60,366 nt of DNA from a virus (IMGVR_UViG_3300036846_000361:1-60366); one strand, 5' to 3'; counted from the stretch's first letter, positions 36,465 through 47,264 are shown. A program made the numbers and translations. The notes: generated by a model not told the origin, from the sequence alone.

Positions 36465-36744
36465 CTTTGAGAAGGAGCATAGCGACATTCTCGATCGAGC
36501 GAACAGGTTGTTCAAGATGAGGTCGCAGGTCCGAGGACAGATGTGGCTGGAGTGGCCGCCGTCCGACAAGATCCGCGAGCTACGCGAGCGTGTCATGCGG
36601 ATCGAAGCTGCCTACTCTCACCGTGAGCGAGTGCTCGATATGACGCACGACGCACTCGACTCGGCGATCGTCGAGGACGCGATTGACGTCATCAACTACG
36701 CGGCTTTCCTCGTCAAGCAGATCGAGCGAGGCATGAGCGGATGA
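36454..36744 (+). CDS. Small all-alpha nucleotide-modification-associated / dNTP pyrophosphatase-like protein
   Basis: DKIRE..R...EDAIDVINYAAF pattern. Confidence 0.55.
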   Translation: MTNNFEKEHSDILDRANRLFKMRSQVRGQMWLEWPPSDKIRELRERVMRIEAAYSHRERVLDMTHDALDSAIVEDAIDVINYAAFLVKQIERGMSG

Positions 36745-39700
36745 TACAACGGGGAGAATCCCCTGGCCATGCGAAGCTCGGCGTCACTGGACGCATCGAG
36801 CGCGGCGAGTCTCCCGACCATGCCAAGCTCGGAGCGTTCGGTCACAAGCACGACGACCCTGCCCTCATCCGGAAGGAGCAGAGGACGTTCCGCAACCCGC
36901 GCCTCACCAAGCCGATGCGGTTCGTCTCGCTCCATCATCACTCGACCTATTCGTTCCTGGACGGATACGCTCTGCCCGAGGCACATTGCCGGCGTATTGG
37001 CGAACTTAATGGCTCCGCGCTAGCTCTTACTGAGCATGGAAACATTATGAGTCATGTGAAGTTTGAGCAGGCCGCGAACGAGACTGGGATCAAACCGATC
37101 TTCGGCATCGAGCTTTACTGTGGCGAGATTGACCCTGACCGCAGATCGCAACTGAAGAACCACCTGACCGTACTCGCCAACGACCAGGAGGGATATCAAA
37201 ATGTGCTCCGACTTGTCTCCCGTAGTCATACAGAAGGATTCTACTACGCACCAACTGTCTCTGGACAAATGCTACGTGAACATCGAGACGGGCTTGTTGT
37301 TCTCAGCGGATGCCAAGGCAGTCTGCTCTTCACTTCGCTGGTGGGCGGAAAACACATTCCTGATTCGGAGGCTGGATACAAGAGAGGTCTTGCTGTCGCA
37401 GCCCGATTCAAACGAGCCTTGGGCGACGCCTACGTGCTTGAGGTGCAAGGGTTCCCGGCTCTAGACAAGACCAACGAAGCTAACCCAATGATCGCAAGGA
37501 TCGCCCGCGAGCTAGACATCCCGCTGGCGGTCACTCTCGACTGTCACTATACCATGCCGACCGAGAAGGAGATGCAGCAGATCCTCCACTCGATCCGGGG
37601 TGGCGCCAAACAGACGCTCGAAGAACAAGCGCAGAACTGGGGCTATGCCGCCGAGCTTTGTCCGCCGTTGAATGACCGTCATCTCCTCAAGCTACTGACC
37701 GAGACCGGGATCCCTCGCGATCAGGCGATCCGAGCAATCAACCTCACCGCCGAACTCGCCGAGGATATGAACGTCAAGCTCCCGCATCTGCCCATGGTAC
37801 GGTTCCCGCTTCCGTCCGGGTTCACAGACGGATGGGAGTTGTTCGAGGACTGGCTTCGCAAGGGATGGAAGTTTCGGGGCTTCGACCGACTCTCTCCGCG
37901 CGACGCTCGCGCGTACAAAGCGAGGCTGCGCTACGAGATGTCAATCATCAGGGGGAAAGACTATGCGGATTACTTCCTTGTCGTGTCGGACCTTGTACAG
38001 TTCGCCAAAAATGCGGACATTGGAGTTGGCCCGGCAAGAGGGTCAGCTGCTGCGAGTCTGGTCTGTTATATTCTGCGCATCACAGAAGTCAACCCGATGC
38101 TCTTTCCCTTTCTCGTGTTCGAGAGATTCATTGACATCACCCGAGAGGATCTGCCGGATATTGACCTTGACTTTGAGTCCACTCGGCGCGGGGAAATTGT
38201 GGACTATCTCGTTACAAAGTATGGTCGAGAGTACGTCTCCAACATTGGTACTTTTTCCACCTTCAAATCGAAGATCGCGCTGGATGACATCGCTCGTGTC
38301 TACCGGATCCCGAAGTTTGAGGTGGATCAGATCAAGGATGTCCTTCTCGAAAGATCATCCGGAGACCTCCGAGCCAGCGCCACCATCGAAGATACAATCG
38401 ACCAGTTCGAGCAAGCGCAGAATGTAATCGAGCGGCAGCCGAACCTACTCAAGGCGACGCGACTTGAAGGCAACGTTCGAGGCTTCGGCATTCACGCGGC
38501 CGGTGTCGCGGTGTCGAACCGGCCCATCACCGAGGTAACCTCGATCTTGGAGCGCGAAGTCAGGAAGCGAACCGTTCAGGTAGTTGCCATCGACAAGTAC
38601 GACGCCGAGCAGCTAGGCATCCTCAAGATCGACCTGCTGGGGCTCTCCGCTATCGACGCACTCGTCGGTATGTGCAAGATGCTCGGTAAGCCGTCGTCCT
38701 TCTTGTATGACATTCCGATCGAGGACGCTGTCGTGATCGAGGGATTCAAGGATAATGACGTCATCGGAGTCTTCCAGTTTGAGGGCCGGGCGATGCGCAT
38801 GGTGAACGGATCTGTCAAGCCGGACGACTTCCAAGAAGTGTGCCACGTTACTGCGCTCGCCCGTCCTGGCCCGCTCCACAACGGCGCGGTCTCCGACTAC
38901 GTTGACATCAAGCGCGGGATCAAGAAGCCTGCCCTTGTCCATCCGGCGCTCGACGAGATCACCGCCTTCACCCAATGGCAGGTCGTCTACCAGGAGCAGA
39001 TCTTGCGCATCGTCCGCGAGGTTGGGAACTTCGACTGGACGCACGCCGCCTACATCCGCAAGATCATCAGCCGTAAACTCGGCGACCAGGAGTTCAACCG
39101 GCAATGGGAGCGGTTCTGGGCAGGCTGTCAGATCCGTCACCCCGATATGGACGAGCAGACGGCTCGCGGGATCTGGGGTCTTTGTACAACGGCAGGCTCC
39201 TACGCCTTCAACTTTGCTCATTCGGTCTCGTATGGATACCTGGCCTGGTGGACGATGTGGTTCAAGCGACACCACCCGGATATGTTCTACGCGGCGATGC
39301 TCGATCGCGCGGACAAGAAGGGCACCGGACGGAGCGGCGACACCGTGAAGGCAACCGGCGTATCACGCGCGAAGCTCGACGGGCAGGTCATTATGCTGCG
39401 CGACGCGATCGGTCACGGCTTCAAGATCCTGCCCTACGACCTCCGCCACTCTGACTTGACTTGGAAGAGAGTGGGTCGCCGCAAGCTGCGTCCTGGCTTC
39501 GATCAGATCGAGGGTGTCGGGCCGAAGATGGCCGCGAAGATCGTGGACTGGCGCGACGGAGTCAAGGACTGGCGCGGAGTCGATTGGTCATCCCTGATCG
39601 AGGTTCACGGCATCGGCGAGAAGACGATCGTGAACCTAGTCGAGCATGCAACGGCTGAGGATCCGTTCGGCGTCGAGCGGCTGGAGAAGATGATACAAGC

Positions 39701-40106
39701 CGTCAAGAAGGATCTTCCCCGCTTAGGGCTACCTTCACCCACTCATACCGCGATCGAGGTACCCTACGAAAGAGGCGAGGACGAAGAAGTCGTGTGGGTC
39801 GGAGTTGCTGTTCACAAGAACCTTCGTGACCTCTTTGAAGTGAACCGAGCACGGACGGGCGAGGAGCTTGATCCAGCCACGGTGAGAGACCCGCACTTGA
39901 ACGAATGGATGCTTGTCGTAGGTTATGACGGCACGGATCTGCTGTCCTTGCGAGTGACTCGCTGGCGCTATCCGCATCTGAAGAAACTGCTCTGGAAGAT
40001 TGACCTACACGAGGACGTATTGGTCGTGCGCGGAGTGAAGCGCGGGTGGCGCGCGGCGAGAGAGATTCAGGTCAGCGATATCTGGGTATGTGATGCCCAG
40101 ATCTAA
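36741..40106 (+). CDS. dnaE: DNA polymerase III alpha subunit
   Basis: PHP SLHHHSTYSFLDG, GPARGSAAAS, LPDIDLDF, GIHAAG, KIDLLGL, YAFNFAHSVSY. Confidence 0.95.
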   Translation: MIQRGESPGHAKLGVTGRIERGESPDHAKLGAFGHKHDDPALIRKEQRTFRNPRLTKPMRFVSLHHHSTYSFLDGYALPEAHCRRIGELNGSALALTEHGNIMSHVKFEQAANETGIKPIFGIELYCGEIDPDRRSQLKNHLTVLANDQEGYQNVLRLVSRSHTEGFYYAPTVSGQMLREHRDGLVVLSGCQGSLLFTSLVGGKHIPDSEAGYKRGLAVAARFKRALGDAYVLEVQGFPALDKTNEANPMIARIARELDIPLAVTLDCHYTMPTEKEMQQILHSIRGGAKQTLEEQAQNWGYAAELCPPLNDRHLLKLLTETGIPRDQAIRAINLTAELAEDMNVKLPHLPMVRFPLPSGFTDGWELFEDWLRKGWKFRGFDRLSPRDARAYKARLRYEMSIIRGKDYADYFLVVSDLVQFAKNADIGVGPARGSAAASLVCYILRITEVNPMLFPFLVFERFIDITREDLPDIDLDFESTRRGEIVDYLVTKYGREYVSNIGTFSTFKSKIALDDIARVYRIPKFEVDQIKDVLLERSSGDLRASATIEDTIDQFEQAQNVIERQPNLLKATRLEGNVRGFGIHAAGVAVSNRPITEVTSILEREVRKRTVQVVAIDKYDAEQLGILKIDLLGLSAIDALVGMCKMLGKPSSFLYDIPIEDAVVIEGFKDNDVIGVFQFEGRAMRMVNGSVKPDDFQEVCHVTALARPGPLHNGAVSDYVDIKRGIKKPALVHPALDEITAFTQWQVVYQEQILRIVREVGNFDWTHAAYIRKIISRKLGDQEFNRQWERFWAGCQIRHPDMDEQTARGIWGLCTTAGSYAFNFAHSVSYGYLAWWTMWFKRHHPDMFYAAMLDRADKKGTGRSGDTVKATGVSRAKLDGQVIMLRDAIGHGFKILPYDLRHSDLTWKRVGRRKLRPGFDQIEGVGPKMAAKIVDWRDGVKDWRGVDWSSLIEVHGIGEKTIVNLVEHATAEDPFGVERLEKMIQAVKKDLPRLGLPSPTHTAIEVPYERGEDEEVVWVGVAVHKNLRDLFEVNRARTGEELDPATVRDPHLNEWMLVVGYDGTDLLSLRVTRWRYPHLKKLLWKIDLHEDVLVVRGVKRGWRAAREIQVSDIWVCDAQI

Positions 40107-40189
40107 GGAGGTCGTATGGTGTGAGCCGATAGTCGGCCAAGCCGCTGGGCCGGAAAACAGCGAGGCCTGTCAACAATCCTGGAGCCATA

Positions 40190-40699
40190 GTGAAATACGT
40201 CATCGCTACCACGTGTGCTGTCTTCGTCCTGGCTGGGACGACGGACGCAAAAGCATACCTTGTCGCGAAGCCTCTCTGCAAGTCGCTGGCCTGCAGGATG
40301 CATTCGCAACTGACGAACTTGAAACATGCTCGGTACGTCTGCCAGCAAGGCAGACACTACGCGAAGAAATGGTCATGTACGGCAGTCAAGTGGCTGAAGC
40401 GCGAGTATCACCAGACCATGGCGGCGCTGCACCCGAGGGTGACGGTGTCGTCCCACTATGCAGGCTGGGAGTGCATTCACGGAGGGGAAGGCAACGGAGA
40501 CGATCCTACGGGCACGTACCACGGTCCACTCCAGATGACCTGGGGCTGGGCCGGACACAACGTGAACTGGGACTCTGCTCCGATGTCCGAAGTGTTCGCG
40601 ATAGCGGATGCGGAGGCAGCCGCGCACGGCTACTCGTACTCCTGGATGCAGGGGCAGTGGCCCAATACCTTCCCGCCCTGCGCCGGGTACTTCAACTAA
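40190..40699 (+). CDS. Secreted Rpf-like / transglycosylase-like protein
   Basis: Signal peptide; WECIHGGEG...YHGPLQM...QWPNTFPPC. Confidence 0.65.
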   Translation: MKYVIATTCAVFVLAGTTDAKAYLVAKPLCKSLACRMHSQLTNLKHARYVCQQGRHYAKKWSCTAVKWLKREYHQTMAALHPRVTVSSHYAGWECIHGGEGNGDDPTGTYHGPLQMTWGWAGHNVNWDSAPMSEVFAIADAEAAAHGYSYSWMQGQWPNTFPPCAGYFN

Positions 40700-40718
40700 C
40701 ACATCGAATGGAGGGAGC

Positions 40719-41069
40719 ATGGCAGCAACGTTGGCACAGATCGTAGGCGATGTCGCGGACGAGTTGGAGGCACCACGTGCCGACATCAAGGCCGTGATTG
40801 ACACGTTCTTCGAGACGATCGCTGAGCGACTCTCGGAGGGTGAAGAGGTCACTTTGTCCGGGTACATCTCGCTCAAGTACGGCTATCGCCCAGGCAAGAA
40901 GAAGGGCGCAATCGTACGCAACCCGTTCGACGGAACCACTCGCAAGCTCGACGCAGCGACCCCTGCGAAGATCACGATCAAGGCTCGACCGCTCGCGAAG
41001 CTCAAGGCAGCAGTTCCGAGCGCAACGAGCAGAGAAGGCAGAGCGATCAAGTCTGCGGCGGGTAAGTAG
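40719..41069 (+). CDS. HU/IHF-like DNA-binding protein
   Basis: VIDTFFETI..RLSEGEEVTLSG...VRNP...KARPLAKLK. Confidence 0.85.
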   Translation: MAATLAQIVGDVADELEAPRADIKAVIDTFFETIAERLSEGEEVTLSGYISLKYGYRPGKKKGAIVRNPFDGTTRKLDAATPAKITIKARPLAKLKAAVPSATSREGRAIKSAAGK

Positions 41070-41978
41070 ATGGAGCGGAGGGATCTCAAAGAGTATGCGG
41101 CGTCTCGGGACTGGAGAGACAGGACTGAGACGCCGCTCCTCCGCGACGTGGCGTTTAACCGTCACTCGATGAACGACGGGCATCACGTCTCGCCGAGCGA
41201 TAACGGAGAACTCCAGGTTGGAGACGACCGGATCATCGTCAATCTCGTACAGGGACTCAATCCCAACTTCGAGAAGGTCATGTCCAAGGCTACGCGGGCG
41301 ACCATCGGTATCGACCTCAACGAGCCGGACAGAGACGACCGTGATTGGGAGGAGATGCTGAAGGGCGGTTTGCAGACTGCCTTGGAATCTCAGGTCGTCG
41401 TCTTTGAGGTGAGCGGAGTCTCGCGAGCCTGTACGCACCAGATCGTCCGCAGCCGACGCGCAGCGTTCCATCAGCAATCGATGCGGGCGAGCTTCTATGG
41501 CCGGCAGCCTGAGTTCCGGATCCCGGAGTCAGTCTGGAACGGTTCAGAGCAGCTACGTGAGTTCTGGACCTCGACCATAATGATGGTACACAAGGCGTAC
41601 GAGATGGCCTGTGACGAGGACATCAGCTACCAGGACGCTCGCTACGTCCTCCCGGAGGGCACGACCAACTACATCCTCTGCGAGTACAGCCTACGGGAGT
41701 TCATGAACGTCTACGCCTACCGGGGCTGCTCACTTTTCCAGTGGGAGATCACGTCGGTCATGAGGGCCATGCGGGATATCTTGGTGGCAAGGTACGACTA
41801 CCTCGAACCGTACATCAAAATCTCCTGTGAAAAAACTCATGGCCCTGAGGAGTACGGAGGACACAAGTGCACCTTCCAGGGCTGGGAGAATGTCGAGGGA
41901 CAGTGCGACTTCCCTTGGGCTCGGGAAGACAATAGGGTGTTCCGATCGGAGCGTCACAGGATCGAACGAAAGGACTAG
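41070..41978 (+). CDS. thyX: ThyX-like FAD-dependent thymidylate synthase (divergent)
   Basis: VSRACTHQIVRSR...QQSMR, QDARYVLP, QWEI; RHR motif reads RSR. Confidence 0.8.
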   Translation: MERRDLKEYAASRDWRDRTETPLLRDVAFNRHSMNDGHHVSPSDNGELQVGDDRIIVNLVQGLNPNFEKVMSKATRATIGIDLNEPDRDDRDWEEMLKGGLQTALESQVVVFEVSGVSRACTHQIVRSRRAAFHQQSMRASFYGRQPEFRIPESVWNGSEQLREFWTSTIMMVHKAYEMACDEDISYQDARYVLPEGTTNYILCEYSLREFMNVYAYRGCSLFQWEITSVMRAMRDILVARYDYLEPYIKISCEKTHGPEEYGGHKCTFQGWENVEGQCDFPWAREDNRVFRSERHRIERKD

Positions 41979-42272
41979 ATGACGTACGTGCCGAAGAACA
42001 TCGACTGCAAAAAGATCAAGCCGCATATGGCTGAACTTATCCTCAGATGCGGCAGTCCGGAGATTGCAGCCGACTATGCTGGCATCGGCACGTCTACCAT
42101 GTACCGCATCATTCACGACCACCATTGCACCGTCCAGTTGAGGACGGCTCAGCTTATCCTCGACGGGCTTCAGAGAAAGCGTGTCGAGGATAGGCGCAAT
42201 GGTGTTGTCCATCCAAGCATGGTCAAACAAGCCCACCTGGTGGCTCGACGGGAGCGCGAGTTCGATGAATAA
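41979..42272 (+). CDS. HTH DNA-binding protein
   Basis: SPEIAADYAGIGTSTMYRI. Confidence 0.65.
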   Translation: MTYVPKNIDCKKIKPHMAELILRCGSPEIAADYAGIGTSTMYRIIHDHHCTVQLRTAQLILDGLQRKRVEDRRNGVVHPSMVKQAHLVARREREFDE

Positions 42273-42537
42273 ATCTTCAGACAGTTTCTTGTACGCTTGT
42301 ACGGCGTTCGGCTGTCGCGTGGTCACGTTCATGAACGGGGATACCTGTCCGGCCTGTTTTGCTACCGGCGTCGTCGTCCGTCCGCCCGTCGAGATCACCG
42401 ACTTCCGAGAGCGCCGGACGACCTTGTACGCTGTTGTAAGAGGCGACGATACAAGGGAAGGCGACGGTCGGCCGGGTCCCCCTTGGAAAGACGAGAAACA
42501 GGCTCCTACATGGCGAGAGGAGGATCCCGATGGTTAG
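42265..42537 (+). CDS. Zn-ribbon hypothetical protein
   Basis: C...C...CPAC. Confidence 0.55.
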   Translation: MNKSSDSFLYACTAFGCRVVTFMNGDTCPACFATGVVVRPPVEITDFRERRTTLYAVVRGDDTREGDGRPGPPWKDEKQAPTWREEDPDG

Positions 42538-43006
42538 GGCCGGGGACAGCGGTAAGGGATACCTCGAAAACTGGTATGACTCGGGGATCGCCTTGCCAAG
42601 CTACCTTGATCGGAAGATCATCACTGATCATGAGATCGAGCGCCTGACCCGCGTCTTCTCGATCGTCCGGATCACCGGTAGTATTGTTGGGCGCTTAGGC
42701 CCGGATGCCGGAGCCGAGGAACTTGCCTTGGACAAGAGGCGTTCGCGGCGAGTTTCTCATGCTCTGGAACAGAGCCTACGCGGGTGGCAGGTCCGGAAGC
42801 CAAAGGTTCAGATGACTGAGGAGATACGGCTAACCGCAATACATCTGAACTGGGAGGCTTTCGGGCCTGCCCATCTCACGTCAATCGAGGGCCGTCTGCG
42901 CCTCGTCGCTACCTGGGCAATGCGGACAGACGATACAAGGTGGGGCCGGACGGCGGTCGTCAAACTGGAGAATGAGTACAAGTGGTGCGAGTACGCTCTA
43001 CGATGA
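42530..43006 (+). CDS. Hypothetical protein
   Basis: RBS GAGGAGG, 158 aa. Confidence 0.6.
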   Translation: MVRAGDSGKGYLENWYDSGIALPSYLDRKIITDHEIERLTRVFSIVRITGSIVGRLGPDAGAEELALDKRRSRRVSHALEQSLRGWQVRKPKVQMTEEIRLTAIHLNWEAFGPAHLTSIEGRLRLVATWAMRTDDTRWGRTAVVKLENEYKWCEYALR

Positions 43007-43086
43007 AGCCTTGCGCACTCTGGCTATGGCTGGTCGTCTTCTGGATGGTCGTCGTACTCGCGGTCATATTCACTTTTCGCGGCTGA
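43003..43086 (+). CDS. 27-aa membrane peptide
   Basis: MKPCALWLWLVVFWMVVVLAVIFTFRG, ATGA-coupled. Confidence 0.4.
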   Translation: MKPCALWLWLVVFWMVVVLAVIFTFRG

Positions 43087-43087
43087 C

Positions 43088-44149
43088 CTATACCACGCCA
43101 TAGAGATAGAACGCTGATCCAGCGAGGAACTGTCCGCCACCAGGAGACGCCACAATCCTGGTAATCGGTCCAGAGTTGCGCCAGAATCCGCCGATTGTCT
43201 CGGCGCGCATGTTGCCTGTCGCTATTCCGCCTTTACCGACTAGCGCACCCTGGACAGTCTTATTGAATACAGACTGTGCATATAGAGGGAAGTCCAAGAT
43301 CGCTGATGATACAACGCCAGCAGGAGCCGATGCACCAGCCAAAGGATATTGACCAAAGTTTGTGCCACCAAATAGTTCGGCTGATTGCGCTGTAGCTCCA
43401 ACTCCCCAATATTTCTGATAGTCGTAGTTAGCTCCAGCATCGCCATTCAACTGCCAGTTCAAAACATCAAACTGGACAGCGTTGGTATCACGACCGACGA
43501 GCATAGCCTTCAGATGGTTGTAGGTCTGCGGGATTGCTCCACCGATCAGAGCCTGCGTGTCAAAGTTGTTCGCGTTGGCAGCAAGGATACTTGAGCAGAG
43601 TAGCACCTGCCCGCCAGCAGGACCTGGTGGACCTTGTGGGCCGGATGCCATGTTCGCTTGTGATATGCGAATGAAGCCCGGCACATACTGACCAGTTCCA
43701 CCCGGATCGCCGAGGACTGCACCTGTTCCTGCATCAACTGACGCACGAACTGAATAGGTATGTGAACCAGCCGAAGGTGTTTGACGACGCCCGGTAAAGA
43801 TGGGTACGTAAACTACTCCCGTTACCGGAACAACAACAACTCCGAAGCGACCGATAGAAACACCATCTAGATAGAGCCACAGATTGAGTGTGCGGTTTGC
43901 TGCACCAGCATCAGGTCGCGCACCTGGAGAAAAGAATTCAATTAAGACTGGCCTACCATCGAATGTGATTGCTGGAGCCGAGACTACAACAGCGGCACTC
44001 GCTTCAGTGGTAGCAGTCACAGTGACGTCAGTGATGTATTCGGTGTATGACAGCTCACTTTGGCCAACAGGCGGCGGGTTGCCCATGTTCCAGATTGGTA
44101 CCCAATCTGTAGTGGCGGGCGGTGGAGTAGTGCGAGGATCAACACTCAT
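43088..44149 (-). CDS. Minor tail / receptor-binding protein
   Basis: Last gene of tail operon; short collagen segment; beta-rich domains. Confidence 0.7.
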   Translation of the reverse strand: MSVDPRTTPPPATTDWVPIWNMGNPPPVGQSELSYTEYITDVTVTATTEASAAVVVSAPAITFDGRPVLIEFFSPGARPDAGAANRTLNLWLYLDGVSIGRFGVVVVPVTGVVYVPIFTGRRQTPSAGSHTYSVRASVDAGTGAVLGDPGGTGQYVPGFIRISQANMASGPQGPPGPAGGQVLLCSSILAANANNFDTQALIGGAIPQTYNHLKAMLVGRDTNAVQFDVLNWQLNGDAGANYDYQKYWGVGATAQSAELFGGTNFGQYPLAGASAPAGVVSSAILDFPLYAQSVFNKTVQGALVGKGGIATGNMRAETIGGFWRNSGPITRIVASPGGGQFLAGSAFYLYGVV

Positions 44150-45483
44150 GTTAGCAGCACCGGCTTGATCGACAGCCAACGATTCTGCGCGTTCACGTTC
44201 GAGGCGGTATTGACGCGGTACTGCAGCTTCACCGTATCACCAGCCGCAAGCGTACGACGGATCGTGCGTGCCATAGAAGCACCATTCACTGTAGCTGAGG
44301 GACTCGCCCAGAGAATCCCGTCATTGTCCTGCGCAGCGGCAGCGCCAAGCTTTGGCGAAATGAACATATAATTGACGATGCTCGCGGTGACGAGCGTGCC
44401 AAACGAAATCTCATAAGAGCCGGCACGAGGAACAACGATCGACGGGCCGACGGTCGTGAGATCGACATACGCAACGCTAGTCGTGCCTTCTTGCGTAATG
44501 ATCTCAGCCTGTGCCGCCGAACCGGGTAGACCGATCCATCGAGCAGCAGTGGCGCTCCATTGTAGCAACCACGAGAACGTAGGAGCGGCAGTGTTATCAA
44601 CAAGAATTGCTTGCTGACCATCCTGAGGAGTAACCGGTAATGTCGTTGCCGGAACAGGAGCGGAAAGCGCCGGTGGTACGATAGCTGGCAATGTGCCGAG
44701 CATCCCGTACAACGTCACGCGTGACCCGGCAACGAAGTTGCTGCCCAGGCCTGGCGTGATAGTGATGCGGTTAATCGCCGCCGAGCTACGCCAATGTCCG
44801 CCAGCGGTGCGAGTGCGCTCGTTGCCGCTGGACACGCCGATCTTTGAGGTTGTGACCCCGAGCATCGACTTATTGGCTACGACTCCAGCATAGCTCGGGA
44901 TCGAGAACTCACCCTCACAGAACAGCCCGGCTGGGTTGCCATTCGTCGCTTCCAGCGGCAATCCCAGGGACGTATTCGCGTAGCTCTCTCCTGCACCTGC
45001 AGTTGAACCTTGCCCTTCCAAATACTGGACGTCATAGTTCGCACCGGCGTCACCGTTGAAGCGAACGGACGCGGCGGTCAGACCAGCGCCTGCGCTGTCA
45101 TCACGAAGCACCGTGTAGAGTAACAGACTGGCGTAGTTCTGCGGGATGTTCTGAATGTCGATATTGACCTGCGGGCTGGCGAGCAGGATATCTGCAATCG
45201 GGACGAGTCCGGATGGGGCATACGGAGTTCCCTGCTGCGTCCACGGAACGGGAGCGTTCGACGTTGGCTTGTCTGCGACGTACGCTATGCCGTTGTAGAC
45301 GACGATGTCGCCGTCGTTGTAACTACCGGGAACGTAGTCGCCCTTGTAGGTCAGACCGCCACCGGCCGCTATCGCCTGCCACAGAGTGTCGTAGTCTGAA
45401 GCAGTCCTCTTGGCCAGGACTGTACCGGTCGCTCCGCCAGCCGGGATGCTAGGTGGAACCGAGAATGCCGAGTGCGATGACAT
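44146..45483 (-). CDS. Minor tail / tail fibre protein
   Basis: PAGGATGTVLAK..DYDT.W and Y..GDIVVYNG fibre motifs. Confidence 0.75.
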   Translation of the reverse strand: MSSHSAFSVPPSIPAGGATGTVLAKRTASDYDTLWQAIAAGGGLTYKGDYVPGSYNDGDIVVYNGIAYVADKPTSNAPVPWTQQGTPYAPSGLVPIADILLASPQVNIDIQNIPQNYASLLLYTVLRDDSAGAGLTAASVRFNGDAGANYDVQYLEGQGSTAGAGESYANTSLGLPLEATNGNPAGLFCEGEFSIPSYAGVVANKSMLGVTTSKIGVSSGNERTRTAGGHWRSSAAINRITITPGLGSNFVAGSRVTLYGMLGTLPAIVPPALSAPVPATTLPVTPQDGQQAILVDNTAAPTFSWLLQWSATAARWIGLPGSAAQAEIITQEGTTSVAYVDLTTVGPSIVVPRAGSYEISFGTLVTASIVNYMFISPKLGAAAAQDNDGILWASPSATVNGASMARTIRRTLAAGDTVKLQYRVNTASNVNAQNRWLSIKPVLLT

Positions 45484-47264
45484 TAGCCGTCCAGTTTCAC
45501 GATGTAGGGGACGAACACGGTCGGCGGCAGGTTCTCGTGTACACCATCGCCGCCCGCGTTCTGAATGAGTCCAGCGTATCCAGTTGTTGAGCCATCACTG
45601 GTCGTACGGATCAACGAGCCACCGCCTGTGACTCCGCCGCCGCCGAGAACGCCGTGACCGTGCGCGGGCATCTCGGCAGTGACGAGCTTATGAGTCTCCT
45701 CGCCGGTGAATGCGGCAAGCACCGCTGCGGCCGCGCGAGTGATCCGGTTCGCGCGTGCGCCGCCTGGCATCTGGTCGAGGCCGGTCGGAACGACGCCGCG
45801 CAGATCGGGTACGCGGAAGTTGCCAGCGCCAGGATCGGCGGCGCCATAAGCAGTCTTCCAGGCAACAGCGATGTTTCCGGCTGCGATCGGATATGTGGTC
45901 GCACTGTAGGCTGCCCCATCCGCCCAGACCCAGAGACCGTAGTTGGCTTGTACCGGTAATGCCGATCCGGGCCACATCTTGACTTCCCCAGGGATCGCGG
46001 AGCCACCGCCTCCACCGCTGCTACTGCCGCCCGCTCCTTGTACCTCGCCGCGCCAGTTGAAGAAGTAGCCGGATGTCGCCGAGTCAGCAACAATCAGCGG
46101 CTTGGAGATCTGCCCTGCAGTGGAAGGCTCGGTCAGAGTCAACGCGCCAGCCGTCGTTGGTGACAAGAAGTAGACGCCGCCAGCCGTTAGTCCAGACAGG
46201 CCGGTCATGTGTCCCGATACTCTGAGAGAGAACGTATTGGCATCAGTGACTGAATCTACGATTCCGACAACCTCGGCATGGGCCGCAGTATCGGCCTGCG
46301 CCTTCACGTAGCTCGTGCCGTTGAATATCACGATGTCGCCGACAGCGAGCCCATGAGCAGTCTGTGTAACGGTGTTGACGCCTCCTGGACCGGGCGGACC
46401 AGCCGGACCAGTCGCACCAGGGACGCCCTGTGGTCCTTGAGCACCGGTCGCACCTGTAGGCCCAGCGACTCCTTGCGGACCAGTAGCACCTGTAGCTCCG
46501 GGTGGGCCTGGAACCGTACTGTCCGCGCCCTTTGGCCCAGTTGCGCCGGTTGGTCCTTGAGCGCCGGTCGCGCCCGTAGTTCCTTGCGGGCCTTGAGGAC
46601 CTGTAGCGCCTGCGGCACCGGCGGCGCCAGTAGCTCCCGTCGGGCCAATCGGGCCTTGAGCACCGGGTGGACCTTGAATCGAACCACCACTGACCCATTT
46701 TGTCCCGTCCCAGATCCAGAGCGAGTCGTCGGCCGAGACGAGGTAGGCATCACCTTGCGTGTTGCCGGTCGGCGGCAGAGCGCCCGAGGTCGGGACTGTA
46801 CCCTTCATTGTGATCCCGGTGCCGGCCGCGCCCTGTGGTCCTACTGGACCTTGCGGGCCGGTTGAACCAGTATCCCCCTTGACTCCCTGCGTGCCCTGCG
46901 GTCCAGTAGCTCCAATCGGGCCTTGAGATCCTGTTGCTCCCGTCGCGCCCGTCGCGCCGGTTGATCCCGGAGGACCAGCTACTCCTTGATCGCCTTTGGG
47001 TCCTTGTGAACCCGTAGCGCCGGTTGGCCCGGCTGGGCCTGTTGCTCCTGTTGGCCCTGCTGGTCCGGTTGGGCCCTCTGGACCTGGAGGGCCTGCCGTT
47101 CCGCCGCCGCCTCCAGGCAAAGCTACATATACACCATTTTGACGCTCATACCAGATACCAGTAGCATCATCGATGAATAGGTCAGTATCCTCGCCAAGCA
47201 GGTCTGACGGAGCACCGCTGTCTACGCGGACGACGGTCGCCGGATCGACAACCAGGTGTCTCAA
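45483..47264 (-). CDS. Collagen-like tail fibre with C-terminal collar domain
   Basis: Long Gly-X-Y tracts; [22 protein letters not shown]...EMPAHGH, HENLPP. Confidence 0.9.
   Translation of the reverse strand: MRHLVVDPATVVRVDSGAPSDLLGEDTDLFIDDATGIWYERQNGVYVALPGGGGGTAGPPGPEGPTGPAGPTGATGPAGPTGATGSQGPKGDQGVAGPPGSTGATGATGATGSQGPIGATGPQGTQGVKGDTGSTGPQGPVGPQGAAGTGITMKGTVPTSGALPPTGNTQGDAYLVSADDSLWIWDGTKWVSGGSIQGPPGAQGPIGPTGATGAAGAAGATGPQGPQGTTGATGAQGPTGATGPKGADSTVPGPPGATGATGPQGVAGPTGATGAQGPQGVPGATGPAGPPGPGGVNTVTQTAHGLAVGDIVIFNGTSYVKAQADTAAHAEVVGIVDSVTDANTFSLRVSGHMTGLSGLTAGGVYFLSPTTAGALTLTEPSTAGQISKPLIVADSATSGYFFNWRGEVQGAGGSSSGGGGGSAIPGEVKMWPGSALPVQANYGLWVWADGAAYSATTYPIAAGNIAVAWKTAYGAADPGAGNFRVPDLRGVVPTGLDQMPGGARANRITRAAAAVLAAFTGEETHKLVTAEMPAHGHGVLGGGGVTGGGSLIRTTSDGSTTGYAGLIQNAGGDGVHENLPPTVFVPYIVKLDG

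Noticed and set aside
43088-45483. Diversity-generating retroelement TR/VR pair
   Set aside because: Differences between the duplicated domains are not adenine-specific and no reverse transcriptase was found
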